Origin: Bugula neritina
Lineage: Eukaryota; Animalia; Bryozoa
Length of the DNA stretch: 64,000 nucleotides
Assembly: GCA_964035545.1 (NCBI GenBank)
Contig: OZ037765.1
Span: 19,592,995 to 19,656,994 of the forward strand
Direction of reading: 5' to 3'
Shown: positions 29,078 through 42,400 of the stretch, one piece after another
How positions within the stretch are numbered: position 1 is the first letter of the stretch
Layout: each line of letters begins with the position of its first letter
Notes under the pieces: generated by a model
The model's database searches: none
Seen by the model: only the letters and a program-made list of their open reading frames with translations
What the model was told of the DNA's origin: nothing
Made by a program: the position numbers and the translations under genes

Positions 29078-32000
29078 ATGGCATCGGATCTGTGGGAAGA
29101 CCGAGAAGTTCGATTTGATATACCAGTGCTGTGAGTGTTTGGTTAATATTTAGTGCTTTGAATAGAAACTCTTGAAAAATATGTTTAATTAGAAATAACG
29201 ATATTGTTACATGGATACTTGTAAAATAAATCTTCTGTTTTGTATCATTTTTAATTTTTTCAATCTGATTTAATAATAAACCTGCGCTTATTTTGTTATT
29301 TATTTACTTAATAAAATGCTAATGTTATGATTCAGGTCAATGCAATTGCGTCCTGGAGAAAAAATTATAGACAGGTTGGATGCTATAGAAGACACAAAGG
29401 GAAACAATGGAGATAGAGGTAAAGCTTTTTTGTTACAAATATTAGGTTTTACCATTCATTTCATGGTTTTATGATAATGATATAATTTATTAGTCAAGAG
29501 AGCAGCCATGGTCTAGGCGTTAAAGCGTTTGCCTAGTAAGCAGGAAGGTCATGGGTTCAAGCCCAGGCAAAGGCCATTGGTGATGTTAGGAAGAGCATCC
29601 AATCATTATTGCTCCTGTGCCTCATTTAAATAAGTCCTTAGCTCGCTTTAAATAAAACCCTTTCTATCCGGGGTTTCTCACAGGGATAGTGACTATAAAC
29701 TTGCGTGAGTTTTGCGTGAGATATGATTAATTAGTCAGGCAGCCAAAAGTTGTTGGCAAACAATTTTAAATTTTTTCACCAAGTACTGGATACTTTGGCT
29801 TTATTTTGCATACAACCCAATCAAACTTAAGAACTAAAATGGTCTGTCGGTGCAGTATTGAAGACAAAAACATTTATTTACCGGAGGCTTGTTAGACATT
29901 GAGCTAACCGATAAGCAATTACTGATTATAAAATTAGTCAAGTAAGTGCTTTTTTTAAACAAAGTCGAAAAATTTGGGAAAACTTGAACTAGGCTGCTGC
30001 ACTGTTTGAAATTTGTCAATTTTTGCAGAAATTGTTGTTTTAATGCTCAATTGTAATTTTATATTCTAATTTGTATTGCATTTTACAGGAAGATTGATTG
30101 TTTCAAATCTCAGAATTATTTGGCACTGTATAAGCATGCCCAGAGTAAACCTATGTAAGTTAATTTTATACAGGCCGTAGTACCGAGTTAATAATATGGT
30201 CTAACTATGGTATTTCTCTATTGGTTTTCTGTGTCTTCGCTACCATGACCGCCAGTGTCAGTATGTGTTTAGTTACTAGTGGGGGATCGTTTTGGCAAAT
30301 TATTGTTCTCTATCACATTTGTTATATTTTCGTAAAACTTAAAAATAAAAATACTGACAACCTAAAATTGGTAATCGAAATACAGAAATGCAAAAATATA
30401 TCACCAATTGACTTTTTTTGGGAGAAGTTAGTAAAAATTCAAGCAGCTACTGCAATCATTATCATGAAGTTCTAGTTCTAATAAAGTGAAATCTCAATAT
30501 GCTGTGGCAGTTTAATATAAAAAAGCAGGGTGCAGATGGGATTATCTTAGGTAGCTCAGTTTTTCAATTGTTTGAATCGTAAACTCATTGAGTAGCCATT
30601 TGATTTGTAGAAACACAACTTGTGGTGTCAGAGTTACTAAATGAAACTTCAAAAAATTAAGAGATTTTTATTGGAAATAACATTTTTACCTGAACAATTA
30701 TCTTGGCCAATCACTGTGCAAGTTGCATCTTTTAAATGTAATAATTTTAGCTATTGGCTATAACACAGTCGTAAACATAACAACAAAAACTGCCCAGTCA
30801 AAGGCAAGAGGTGGAGGAGCCGATGCTATGTTTGTTCTCACAAAGTTTAAGAACACTCGATTTGAGTTTATATTTACCAACCTGGTGAGTGTCTTAGTCT
30901 TTGTTATTATACTCATACTAGTTATGTCCAATTATGTTATGTTAATATCCAAATATGCATTTAATTCTGTCATCGGTGCACTAATACAAATACTAGTATT
31001 CATAAAACTGGTTTGATTTTGCGAAAAAAAATTTCTAAGATATCCAAATGCGATATAGTTGCTATGGTCTAGTGGTTAGAGCACTGTCTTAGTAAATGCA
31101 AGGTCAGTGTTTTGGATACCAGTAAAGGCTATTATGGGTAATGTAGGAAGGGCATCCAGTCATATTTGCACCTTTTTATTAATATAAAAATAGTTCCCTA
31201 GCCCTCTTTAAAAAATCCTTTCTATCTGGGTTACTCACAGAGCTATCGACTATAAAGTTAGTTTTATAACCAAATGCTGTTTTGAATTATGCATGTCCAA
31301 ATAAATAACAGGCCAAATTTTCTCCTTAAAAAATCCTTTTCATCTAGGTTACTCACAGGGCTAGCGACTTTAAAGCCAGTTTTATAACCAAATGCTGTTT
31401 GAATTATGCATGTCCAAATAAATAACAGGCCAAATTTTCTCCCTAAAAAATCCTTTTCATCTAAGTTACTCACAGGGCTAGCGACTTTAAAGCCAGTTTT
31501 ATAACCAAATGCTGTTTGAATTATGCATGTCCAAATAAATAACAGGCCAAATTTTCTCCTTAAAAAATCCTTTTCATCTAAGTTACTCACAGGGCTAGCG
31601 ACTTTAAAGCCAGTTTTATAACGAAATGCTGTTTGAATTATGCATGTCCAAATAAATAACAGGCCAAATTTTCTCCTTAAAAAATCCTTTTCATCTAAGT
31701 TACTCACAGGGCTAGCGACTTTAAAGCCAGTTTTATAACCAAATGCTGTTTGAATTATGCCTGTCCAAATAAATAACAGGCCAAATTTTCTCCTTAAAAA
31801 ATCCTTTTCATCTAAGTTACTCACAGGGCTAGCGACTTTAAAGCCAGTTTTATAACCAAATGCTGTTTGAATTATGCATGTCCAAATAAATAACAGGCCA
31901 AATTGTCTCTTTATTTATAACCCTTTACCAGCTTAGATGGAGATGATTATTGTGCTTGAGCTTTCGCATTTTTGGTTTTTTATTTATTTTTTTCTAATTT

Positions 32001-34826
32001 ATTAGTCATAAACCTTAACATGTAATATAATCACCCAGGCATGAGATAGTTTATAGAAGCCGTTTGAAAATCATCTTCATGTAACGTTTTAGAGTTATCT
32101 CCCCAAAAATATGTTGTGATATTTTCATTTTCTGCAACAGATTACATTTAAAGAAATGCTTGTAAGTCAGTAAAAATCAAGACATTTTTCACAGTTTCAT
32201 AGAGTGTTGCCCAGTGTTAACATTATATGAGTGTTTTTCTGTGTTTTCCAGTCTTGTACATTGGTTAGCAGTAGTTATTACATTACCTGAAAACTGCTTA
32301 GTTAGATATATAGAAGTTGAAAACATGTCTAAATTGTCTTCTCCTTCATATTTCTCTACATAAAAAGCTTGATTTAAACATATAACTTTTTACTCATCTA
32401 TTTGATATCACAAATGTAGATGCAACGCTTTTTCATGTTTAAAATTAACTATGTTTTAATTATTGTTATTAGAGTTCAAATCAGTTTTTTGTGAATAATA
32501 TTCTCTGTTGAAACTCAAGTGACAAACAGCTTCAGTCTTTTAAAGTTATTCAACCTTTACAGATAAGTGGCTCACCCCGGTTGTTCACCTCAGTGATAGC
32601 AGTTCACAGGGCTTACGAGACTAGTAAGTTGTACCGAGATCTCAAGCTAAGGGGTGCAATTGTTAACAACAAGGCGCTGAATCTGTTACCTCAAGAGCAG
32701 GTGTATGACAAGATTGTAGGTGTATGGAATCTTTCCAGTGACCAGGTATGGGCACTATGTCTCACTGCGTTTAGCAATAAGTAGTGTTCTGTATGTGTGA
32801 CACAGTATTCTGAGAAATGTTACAAGTGATAGACTACTGTTTGATGTGCAATATATACACAATCAAAGGAACATCTTTAAATGTTTTAGTAGCTTTAAAA
32901 TTAAACAGTATATTTTTAATTTACATTTATTGAAAAGCACTACACCACCTAACTTATAGCAACAATCTTTTTTGTACACAGATTTAACTTTGTTTATATT
33001 TTATAAAATTATACATACTGGTTTGTTTTCCTTGCTTGCAGGGTAACCTGGGTACCTTCTTTGTCTCAAACGTTAGGGTTGTATGGCACGCCAACCTCAA
33101 TGAGTCCTTCAATGTTAGCATACCCTATTTACAAATAGTAAGTATACTTCAACTCACTTGACTGCATTATTTGTTTCTATATGCTTGTATCTATTGCTAC
33201 TGCATTTTAATTGATAAATCTCTATAAATCACTATTTAATGTGTTTGTAGAAGTCAGTGAAAGTTAGAGATTCTAAGTTTGGCCAGGCTTTAGTTATTGA
33301 GACTACACAGTCGGTAAGTATAGACTAGCAAATGGCTGTTTCATTCTTATTATAATGTTTAGATTCATTGAATTAACTTTCTTTAATTATTTCTTATACT
33401 CTTACTAGCTAGAGAAAGGATGGTTTTGCACAGCACCCTGATTGAGGTGTCGTGGACCGTTATATTTTGTGCTATTTAGTCCCAGGCCATCACTTGTCTG
33501 CTTAAAACTAAGCAGTTATCTCGTGTGAAATTGCAATGTGGAGCTTTCATATATGTTTAGATTAGGGTATTTCTTACAACATGTGATGTAGTTTGCAACT
33601 TAATTCATATTTTACTGCTTTTAAAACAAAGCCAATGTTATTTTTTTGTATTCTTTCTAGCAAGTTGGAGTGTATTTTTCTAATTATTACTATGCAAAAA
33701 ATCTGAAGTACAGTATTGTCATTATATGACTTTAGAGTGGTGGTTATGTGCTGGGCTTCAGATTAGACCCGCCTGAGAAGCTGCAGGAAACGGCCAAACA
33801 GATACAGAGCCTGTACAAGGTGTACGGCAAGTGTCCCATCTTTGGAGTGGTCTTTGAGATGGAGGACTATGTACGTAAAATAGCATTAGTTTTGCTAAAA
33901 GTTGTTTCAAGCCACTGATCAAATTGGCGTTAAAATATCAAAACTTTGACATTGACTGTCAATTTTTAGTAAGACATGTTACAGGATTTTTGTAATGTAA
34001 AAAAAACCTGTTTTCAGAATGATAGCTAATATTTTGCTATATTTTTACTATATATTATTATTATATACTCGCAATTATATATATTTATTCATTGAATATT
34101 TTTAATTGCCACTCATCTGTAAATATTCACCGTAAAAATGCGTAGCATGATAAACATATGCGGCCTAAACTGTTCACTAACTCCATCGTTGTAAATTCTT
34201 TATAATGATACTGTGAATGTGGAAGGACAACTCTCTGATTCTGATATTTATAATTTTTGCTGTTTTTAAACAATCTATATGGTTATACAATATTTAGACT
34301 TATTTAAAAACATTCGTTTTACCATCTTTTGTGAGGTTTATAGTGTTATCTAGCAAAGAACACAGTAACAGATTCTAGTGACATGAACTATTATGTATGG
34401 TAGGTTGAAGATGCTGAAGAACTGACCATAGAGCCAACACAAGATGACATTGAGATAGACACAGTAGACGGACAAGGAGATGTCATGGCGGTAAGTGGTG
34501 GATTTCTATTTTACTTGCTCTAGCTAGAAAAGCAAGGCATTACAGCAGAGGACTCAATAAACAGTTTGTGTTTCATTTCTATATATGCCATTTACTAAAT
34601 CTCGTAATGTTGCCCTATGTTTGTTGGATGTTTTGTGTCTATTAACCAAATTCAGTGTTTCGCATCTGAAACAAGATGTTGTTTTTGTTTCCTTCAGGCA
34701 TACTTTGCTGATGGTTCAAAAAACAAGGATAGTGAACCTGTCTTTTGTCCCGAGCTTGGTTTGGCTATTGAAAAACTCAAAGATGGTTTTACGATACAAG
34801 GTTTGTGGGAAGTGATTGATCAGTAA
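29078..34826 (+). CDS. BBS5: Bardet-Biedl syndrome 5 protein (BBSome subunit), about 342 aa. Exons 29078-29130, 29336-29418, 30089-30154, 30751-30884, 32563-32745, 33042-33137, 33251-33313, 33736-33870, 34404-34490, 34698-34826
   Basis: Diagnostic BBS5 peptides: [109 protein letters not shown]. Total 1029 nt in frame. Confidence 0.97.
29498..29720 (+). mobile_element. tRNA-derived SINE, copy B (BBS5 intron 2)
   Basis: Sequence reads gagcagccatggtctaggcgttaaagcgtttgcctagtaagcagg...gggttcaagccc...ggccattggtgatgttaggaagagcatcc...ggggtttctcacagggatagtgactataaac. Similar flanks (ataatttattagtca / atgattaattagtca). Confidence 0.88.
31055..31262 (+). mobile_element. tRNA-derived SINE, copy C (diverged); its tail seeds the adjacent tandem array
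   Basis: Sequence reads atggtctagtggttagagcactgtcttagtaaatg...aggaagggcatccagtcat...gggttactcacagagctatcgactataaag. Confidence 0.8.
31203..31912 (+). repeat. 117-bp tandem repeat, about 6 near-identical units, in BBS5 intron 4
   Basis: The anchor ttactcacag recurs at 31231, 31349, 31466, 31583, 31700 and 31817. This explains the 39-aa periodic minus-strand ORF at 31264-31824. Confidence 0.95.
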
Positions 34827-36452
34827 TAGCTGGAGCTTTACAATTGGTCCAGGAAGGAGAGATGAATCATAAAATTAAGTTTAAATTATTAAACATTATT
34901 TTTATAACAAAATAATGATGCGTACCTTTTTAGTTGACAATCTCTAGTTGTTTATTTTGACTGTATATCCTATTTATTTGGTTTAATCTGCTACTTTTAC
35001 CAAAGTGTATTATAATATTTTTTGTATTTGTATGTAAAACAACTGACAATAGAAAATGCTTGTCATTTGTAGTATTTATCGGTTTTTTGCCATCATTATT
35101 ATTTTGGTGGACAATCATTTTTCGTAATATTGTATACATGTGCAATTGTCCTTGGTGACTCAACATTTATAAGGCCCATCAATTGTAGCAAACATAGTGT
35201 TCTGTGCGCTAGGGAAGTATACAGTGATATAGATAAACACACCAATAAAGATACTATTACACCTTGCAAGTATGTTCATAGCTCAGTTTTACATTCTTTC
35301 CTATACCTATTATATTCTGAAATGTTGGATAGATTCTCTTTGGGAATATAGAAGAATGTCAAGTGAGACACGTTATAAGTTTTGAAAATAAAGGCTTATT
35401 TCAACCAGCTTAGATAAAAAATATGACACTGCATGCGTTTTTTCAATTAGTAAAAGTTATGCTAGAGCTAGAAAACTATTTTGTCACTTATCTTTGTGTA
35501 GTAAAAAGGCTCAAAAGTAACCATGCGTACCAGCATTATTTAGATTAATCAAAAATTATCAACCAAATTCATCTATAATTGGAATTAACTATGTTGCAAA
35601 TACCAGTATCATATTTAAACTTACACATGCTGGTCCATGGGCAATATACCAGATGAAAGGAATTAATTGCAATAATTGGCACGTAACTACTTTTCTTTCC
35701 TTATATGAAAGCTATATGCCTTTTCTTTTCTATATTAATTGAACTATTTAAAACAAAAACAGCTGAGTGTCATGAATTTACTATTCACCTAGTATCTAAT
35801 AATTCTGAAGCCCAGTTTTATAGGAAGCCATCACATAGATGGGAATAAAGATTTATCTTAACATGATATTGATAGGTCTGCTTGTTTGTGTTATATTTAA
35901 TCTATAGCTAGGTGAAAGATAGATGCTCACTCTGCCAAGTTTCTTATCTCCCAACTTTTGTTGTGTCAAAACTTGTAACACATTATCGGATATCATATCA
36001 GGCTAAGATCTTGCTTTGCATGCTTTTCATATTAAAGAATAAGTATTTGGAGTATATGTTGGAACTGGATTTTCATGCGGTATTCAATTTGTAGCCCACT
36101 TTCATGAGCGAAGAATTATCTGCAATAGAGAATTAAGCTGCTAAATTACTTCACGATTTTACTGCAGTGAGATTCTATAAAATTTCCCTATTTCTGCAGA
36201 GCTTTGGTTGAAGCAACTACTGCAAGCATGTATTATTTTACTGTTGTTTTACCTTCTTTATTTACAGTGATTTATTCCCACCAATAACCAGCAAGCGTTT
36301 TATCAATTTTTGGCCAATAAGAATCTAGTTTTGTTGAAGTGTTTAAAATAACAGGCCTCGCTGAGCAAATATTATTGTTACACTAGTGACTTTATAGTTT
36401 CAACAGAATTTCAAAGGCTCCATCTTCAGAGTTACTTTGGAGAGTTTTAGTA

Positions 36453-39400
36453 ATGGCAGTTGAAACCTACTTTACCTGGCCAGACTACCTGGTATTTAGC
36501 TTGTCTCTGGTATTATCAGCAGCCATAGGATTCTACTATGCCTGTACTGGAGGGAAGCAGAAGACAACTAAAGAATATCTTCTGGCTGACAGAAACATGC
36601 ATTGGTTTCCTGTAGCGTGCAGTCTTCTTGCCAGGTAACATAATATTAATACTTTCACTGTCATGCGGATGTTTCTGATGGCAACACAAATCTATGGGTG
36701 TCTATGGTTGAAGGATGTCGCATATTTCGCTAAAAATAAACTACACAAGATCTTTTTAGAATTAAACTTAATTATATACATATTGGCAGCTCATAGTGAG
36801 GCTAAGAAATAAATGTTGCACTAATTTCACCAAATAATGAAAATAATCAAATACATGTTCAATAACAAATAGTTGAGCTTTTATTGAATTAGCGTTTAAA
36901 TTATATGCTTTTGAGAGGGTACTTAGCACTTATCCGAGATACTTTAATTAGTGAAATATTTCAAAACTTAAAAAAATATTTCAATAATATTTCTCTTATC
37001 ACGATGGTCATTTTCAGAGTAAAAAAAATAGTTATCGGTAAAAATTTTATTGTATAATTTTGTTAAGAATGTTCTTAGTTTCAATGCATTTCATCAGCTT
37101 TAATTATGGTAAAATATTTGAAACAAGCACAAAGCTTCTAGCTTACTTTTTTATTCTTCAAGTGTGTGTGGTTTATGCTAAAATTAGCCTATTTTGAAAT
37201 AATTTAAATCTGATATCTTTTTTTATTTCAAAGTTTTATGCGCAACATGGCTGCAAACATTGATGCATAAGAGCAGAATCACTTGAATTGCTTATGTAAA
37301 AATGAATAATTTCCTAATTTAAAATATTTATACATTATAAAAGCATACAATAGTTATTATGTCATGAGCATTGACTACTATTAAACTTTTGAATTCCAAA
37401 ACAATTAGCTATGAAATGTTGAGTAGCAAAAATAGCATATCGATACGCATGAATTTTTAACACCTGGCACACTGTTTTATAATATAATTCATATACTAGT
37501 TCTATCATATTACTTTATCAGGTTTTAAAGTATCTTAATAACAAACAGAAATTTTGTATCAATTAATCAAGAGCCAAAATTATTTTAAATGCTACATTGC
37601 TATTATTATTTTCAGCATTTCTATTGCTCATATTAAACGCACACTAACTGAATAAAACCTAAAATTATAACAATCAGGCATGTAGTGACAGACACGAGCT
37701 TATAGCGAAGCTTAAGTTTATTGTTGCAGTTAGTAAAAAGGGAAATTTAAGACATTACACTAAGACATGATGCTGTACAGGGCTATCAAATAATGTCATG
37801 CAAATTATTTCGGAGGTGAAGTAGCATTAATGTGTTATTGTCAAATATAATGTATGCATGGGTGTGCATACAGTGTATTAACATAATCATAAGTTTCTAT
37901 CCAGCAATCCTCGGCAATAATGACTATAGCCTTTATGTAAATAATGACATGAAGAAATATCATTCTTCCATGTCACCTTTTCAGCTAAACTATGAGGTGC
38001 AAATATATTAATTTAGTTTATTTTTCATTGTTTAATTGAAGTGCATACTATATATTTTGCTGACAAATATAGCTTGTTAGATTTACATTCTTTAATAAAA
38101 CCAAAGCTATCTCAATCAATTTAACTAGTAGATATGATATTTCACATATTTTTTTAATTTAGCAACAGTCAAGTCAACTTGAAGCTAAAAATGTTTGAAA
38201 TAATCTGTAGCATGTAATGAAGTAACTAAAAAGAAGCCAGTTTTAATCTATTACAGTCTTAGTGTATTTGGGGGCATGCATAACAGTCATTTCTGAACAT
38301 AATTACTTGAGGAAACTCTGTAAAGTTAGCATGTATTTTTAGGATACATCTACAGCATATTGAAGTTGTATTCTAAAATTTAGTATTTTATAAGCATACT
38401 AACCAATAACTTCATGCCAGGCCAACATCTGTGGTGAGGCTACATGTTTACCAATAATCTCCAGTCTAGGTTTACTGGGATTTGTTCTAATCAAAGCAAT
38501 CTTGATACAAGCATGCTAAAACATAGCAAATTACTTGAAAACAAAAGAAATAAATAAATTCAGAAAGAGTGGTGGTGCACTTCAAAAAATTTTTCAATAC
38601 TATGAAATTTTGATAACGTGAATGTCACATGTTTCTTTTTGGTAGTGCATGCATTTTACAATCAAGTGAGTTTTTCTTTTTATTTAAGCAATTTTGAAGA
38701 CGTTTGTTCCTACAGAAATTGAAAAGAAACTGTCATCTACTTCAATGAAGCCACCTATAACAGAATTGCTGTTGAAGCGCTTGATCTGGTTTTCAGAATC
38801 TTAACAAATACATAAATCTACTGCTTTGTCCTTTGTACTAAAACACACACACACACACACGCACGCACGCACGCACGCAAGCACGCACGCAAGCACGCAC
38901 GCAAGCACGCACGCACACACTTTAAGCGCTATACACGCTATATTTGCTATACACAGTATACACAGTATACACAGTACACACAGTTCATACATTATACAAA
39001 TTATACACATTATACACATTATACACATTATACACATTATACACATTATACACATTATACATATTATACATATTATACATATTATATATATACTGATATA
39101 ATTAATACAGTCTACTAAATGCTGACTAATCTATGTAATTTCTTGTAGTTTTGTCAATCTAAATAATATGTTTTGTGTTATTCAGTTTTACATCAACACA
39201 GACTTTGATTGGCCTTCCTGGAGAAATCTACACATTTGGTACAATATATTTGATTGGCTACATCTTCAAGGTCGTGGGTGTGATCCTTGGAACAACTCTT
39301 TTTATTCCTGTCTTTATGAACCTAAACATAATAAGTGTATATAAGGTAATTTATTATTTTTTATCATAAAATAGCTTAATTAGATGAAGATATTTGCTTA

Positions 39401-42400
39401 TGTCTTGCTTGCATTTTCAATTGCTTACCTTTACTAATTTTCAAAACTGGGTCAAATTCCAGTTAATGGCTAAGCAAGAGAAGTTGTGTTTTTGGCAAAA
39501 ATTTTCAGATCTAATCAAAGTCAAGTATATTAGTTGACTTGAGGCAGTTTGATTTGACTTGCAAACACTTGATAAGTTCAATATAGTTCCAATATATTAA
39601 GTAGTGTTTAGTTATAAAAACATTGCTTACAATAATATTGTTGGCCGTTTTATATCATTACAGTGTAAGGGAAAAATGTAGAATTAGGTGTGACCATTTT
39701 CTAGTTTTCATTTATAAACATTTTTGCATAAATAACTATTATAATAACAATACCTAATAGCAATATTAACTTTGAGCAATATTCAATAAAACATTTTTAA
39801 ATCAGTATAATTCAACAAGTTTATTTGAAATAGCCTATGCTAAAAACTAATAATGCCATTTAGAATCTTGGCTTGTTTAAATAATTAAAAGAAAACTCTA
39901 GCAAATCAATCAACTTTTAGATAGAGTCAATTAGTTTTTTGCTAATTGAATCAAGTAAGTCATGATTTTACCAAATCAACTTAAGTCAAAAGATTTCAAG
40001 TACTCATTCAATATTACTTGAAGGGATTGAGCAGCTGTGGTCTAAGGGTTAAAGCGTTTGCTTAATAAATATGAAGTCGTGGGTTAGAACCCTGACAAAG
40101 GCCATTGGTGATGTTAGGATGAGCATCCAGAGATAATTGCTTGGCTTGTGCCGTATCTGAATAAGTCTTTAGACCACCTAAACAAAAAACCCTTTCCATC
40201 AGGGGTTTTCTCACAGGGATAAACTTGTGTGAGTGTTTAACTGTACTTGGAACCAGTTCGATTACCTTTTTAAATGTTTGTAACAGTATTGAAAAACTGA
40301 AAATAGTCAAATAAAAAGTTAAGATTCTACAAATGATAAAACTGCACTTGATTGAGGCAATTTGAATATAACCTATAACACACCAGTTTTCATGTCAACC
40401 AATCCTCAATTCAAGTTGCAATATTCATAAACTTCTGGGGACAGAATTAATTAAATATTACATATATCAACAAAACCAATTTTTTTACTACGAGAAGTTT
40501 AATGACTTTAAAAAAAGCTTCTTTAAATGTAGTTTCAAAGAATCAACTGTGCAATGTGCTACATTACAATACAGTACATTATGTGTGAAAAGTTTTAATG
40601 TTATGTATTATGTTGAGGTAACACAATTTTTTATCTTTTATACTAATGGTATATTGGCCAACAATAAATCATATATATGTTGCATGTTTTAGTACATTGA
40701 GATGCGATTTGGGCTGGTTATGAAGTTGATGATGCTGGTCTCTAGCATATTTGGTTGGGTAAGTAAACATGGAGATTAGTAAAGCTATTCAGTGTAGGGC
40801 ATGATCTATGCTAAACAATAAAGCTGTGAAGAGTTTCACTACTTCAATGTTTAGGATCAGCAGTATATAACGTCATAACATTAGTATAGATTTAAAACAA
40901 GTGCAATCATAAGCTTGAGCTCTTGTAAATAAAAATAGAAATATTGCTTCACTATAATGCTACTTGAACTATTTCACTGAGCAATAAAGATAAAATATAT
41001 ACAATTGTTTGTTTCTATGACAGCCTTCATGCAATCTCATTTCATATAAAATGTTAGTATGTATTAAAAGACAAACATGTTATCTTTTCACAGAATAAAG
41101 TGGAAAATATGCAGATTCACATTAATCTTCAATTGCTTTCCTCTATTTATGATTCGCTGTTTAAATCCTAACAGCTTTGGAAGAGTCTCTACACTGGGAA
41201 AAGGTTTTGCTGTGCCAATGTTTAGATGTAGCGTAATGGTGGTTGTGAAAAAATTCTACATATCCTAGCATTATGAAGAATCAAAGTATTGTGCAGACTT
41301 AGTGTTCTATTCATTAAGACAGCACCATCCTCTTGACAGCATATGACTAATACATACATCAATAGTGTCATGGACTAGAGTCTAGACTCTCAATTGCAGC
41401 AATTATAGTCTGTTCTGTAAGACTATATATAAAAGTGATACAATTATTACTTTTTTAGTAACAAAGTACAATGTCGTCGACATAACCAGCTTTATAGACC
41501 TGACTACTCCTGCCAGGTGGTGCCCTATCAGCCCATGTAGTGGGCATAAGTATAAGGCATCGTATAAGCATGTAGTTTGAACAATAAATTTTAGATTTTA
41601 TTAATATATTGTTTATCTTTTACTTGTAGCTGTTGTATACAACTCTGGTAATCTATGGTCCAGCTCTCTCCGTTTCTGCAGGTAAATATATACTTTTCTT
41701 GAATTTTCAATCTTGAAAACTTATTAGAAAACAAAACTTATAGCCTATTATAATTTGTAACGTATAAGTATGATATTATATAGAGATGAGAAGTACACAC
41801 AGCCTCAAATTCTCAAATATAAATGTACTGTGGTGTTAAATATTTCATGAGCATTGCATATGGACTATGATATGTTTTAGACTAAGATAGACCTTTTGTG
41901 TCATTAATGACTAATGAAAATGGTAATAAACAATAAAATACACAGTGTGGTATCTCACAATTAAGTCAAAACTCAATTTACACATTTCTATCTCGTACAC
42001 AGAGGCTTTCTTTTAAAGCAATTTATCAAGTTTGGCAGAGTACATACATCTTGATTACATTACTAATAATAATAATAAGAATATAATTTTTAATAAAGTG
42101 TATTTAATGTTTCAATATTGTAAAAGTTAGTGATTAGTTTTGCCTAAAATACATGCATATGGCTTGAACATGGTTAACTAAAACATTGGGCTGCATTATA
42201 GCCTACTATGCATATTCATAAACTGGTTTGAATTAAACTCATAATTGAAGCTCTCAAATGACACAATATGTACAAGCTATGAATATATTAACATTTTGCA
42301 GTAGCAAATGTCTTGTAGTATTTCAAAAACTAGAAGTTGTGTACATATTGCAGCAGCCACAACTATTTACTATAGCTGTGGATAACTGTTTGGGCTGTAC

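Noticed and set aside
29498-29575. tRNA-Thr gene (also the other SINE heads)
   Set aside because: The tRNA-like head runs into a shared non-tRNA core and tail, copies are mutually diverged, and no intact acceptor stem is evident. These are SINEs.
31264-31824. 186-aa minus-strand ORF with a 39-aa repeat
   Set aside because: By-product of the 117-bp (multiple of 3) tandem array inside a BBS5 intron; it starts at GTG and resembles no protein.
31203-31912. CRISPR-like array
   Set aside because: Units are contiguous near-identical repeats with no unique spacers; the context is eukaryotic and there are no cas genes.
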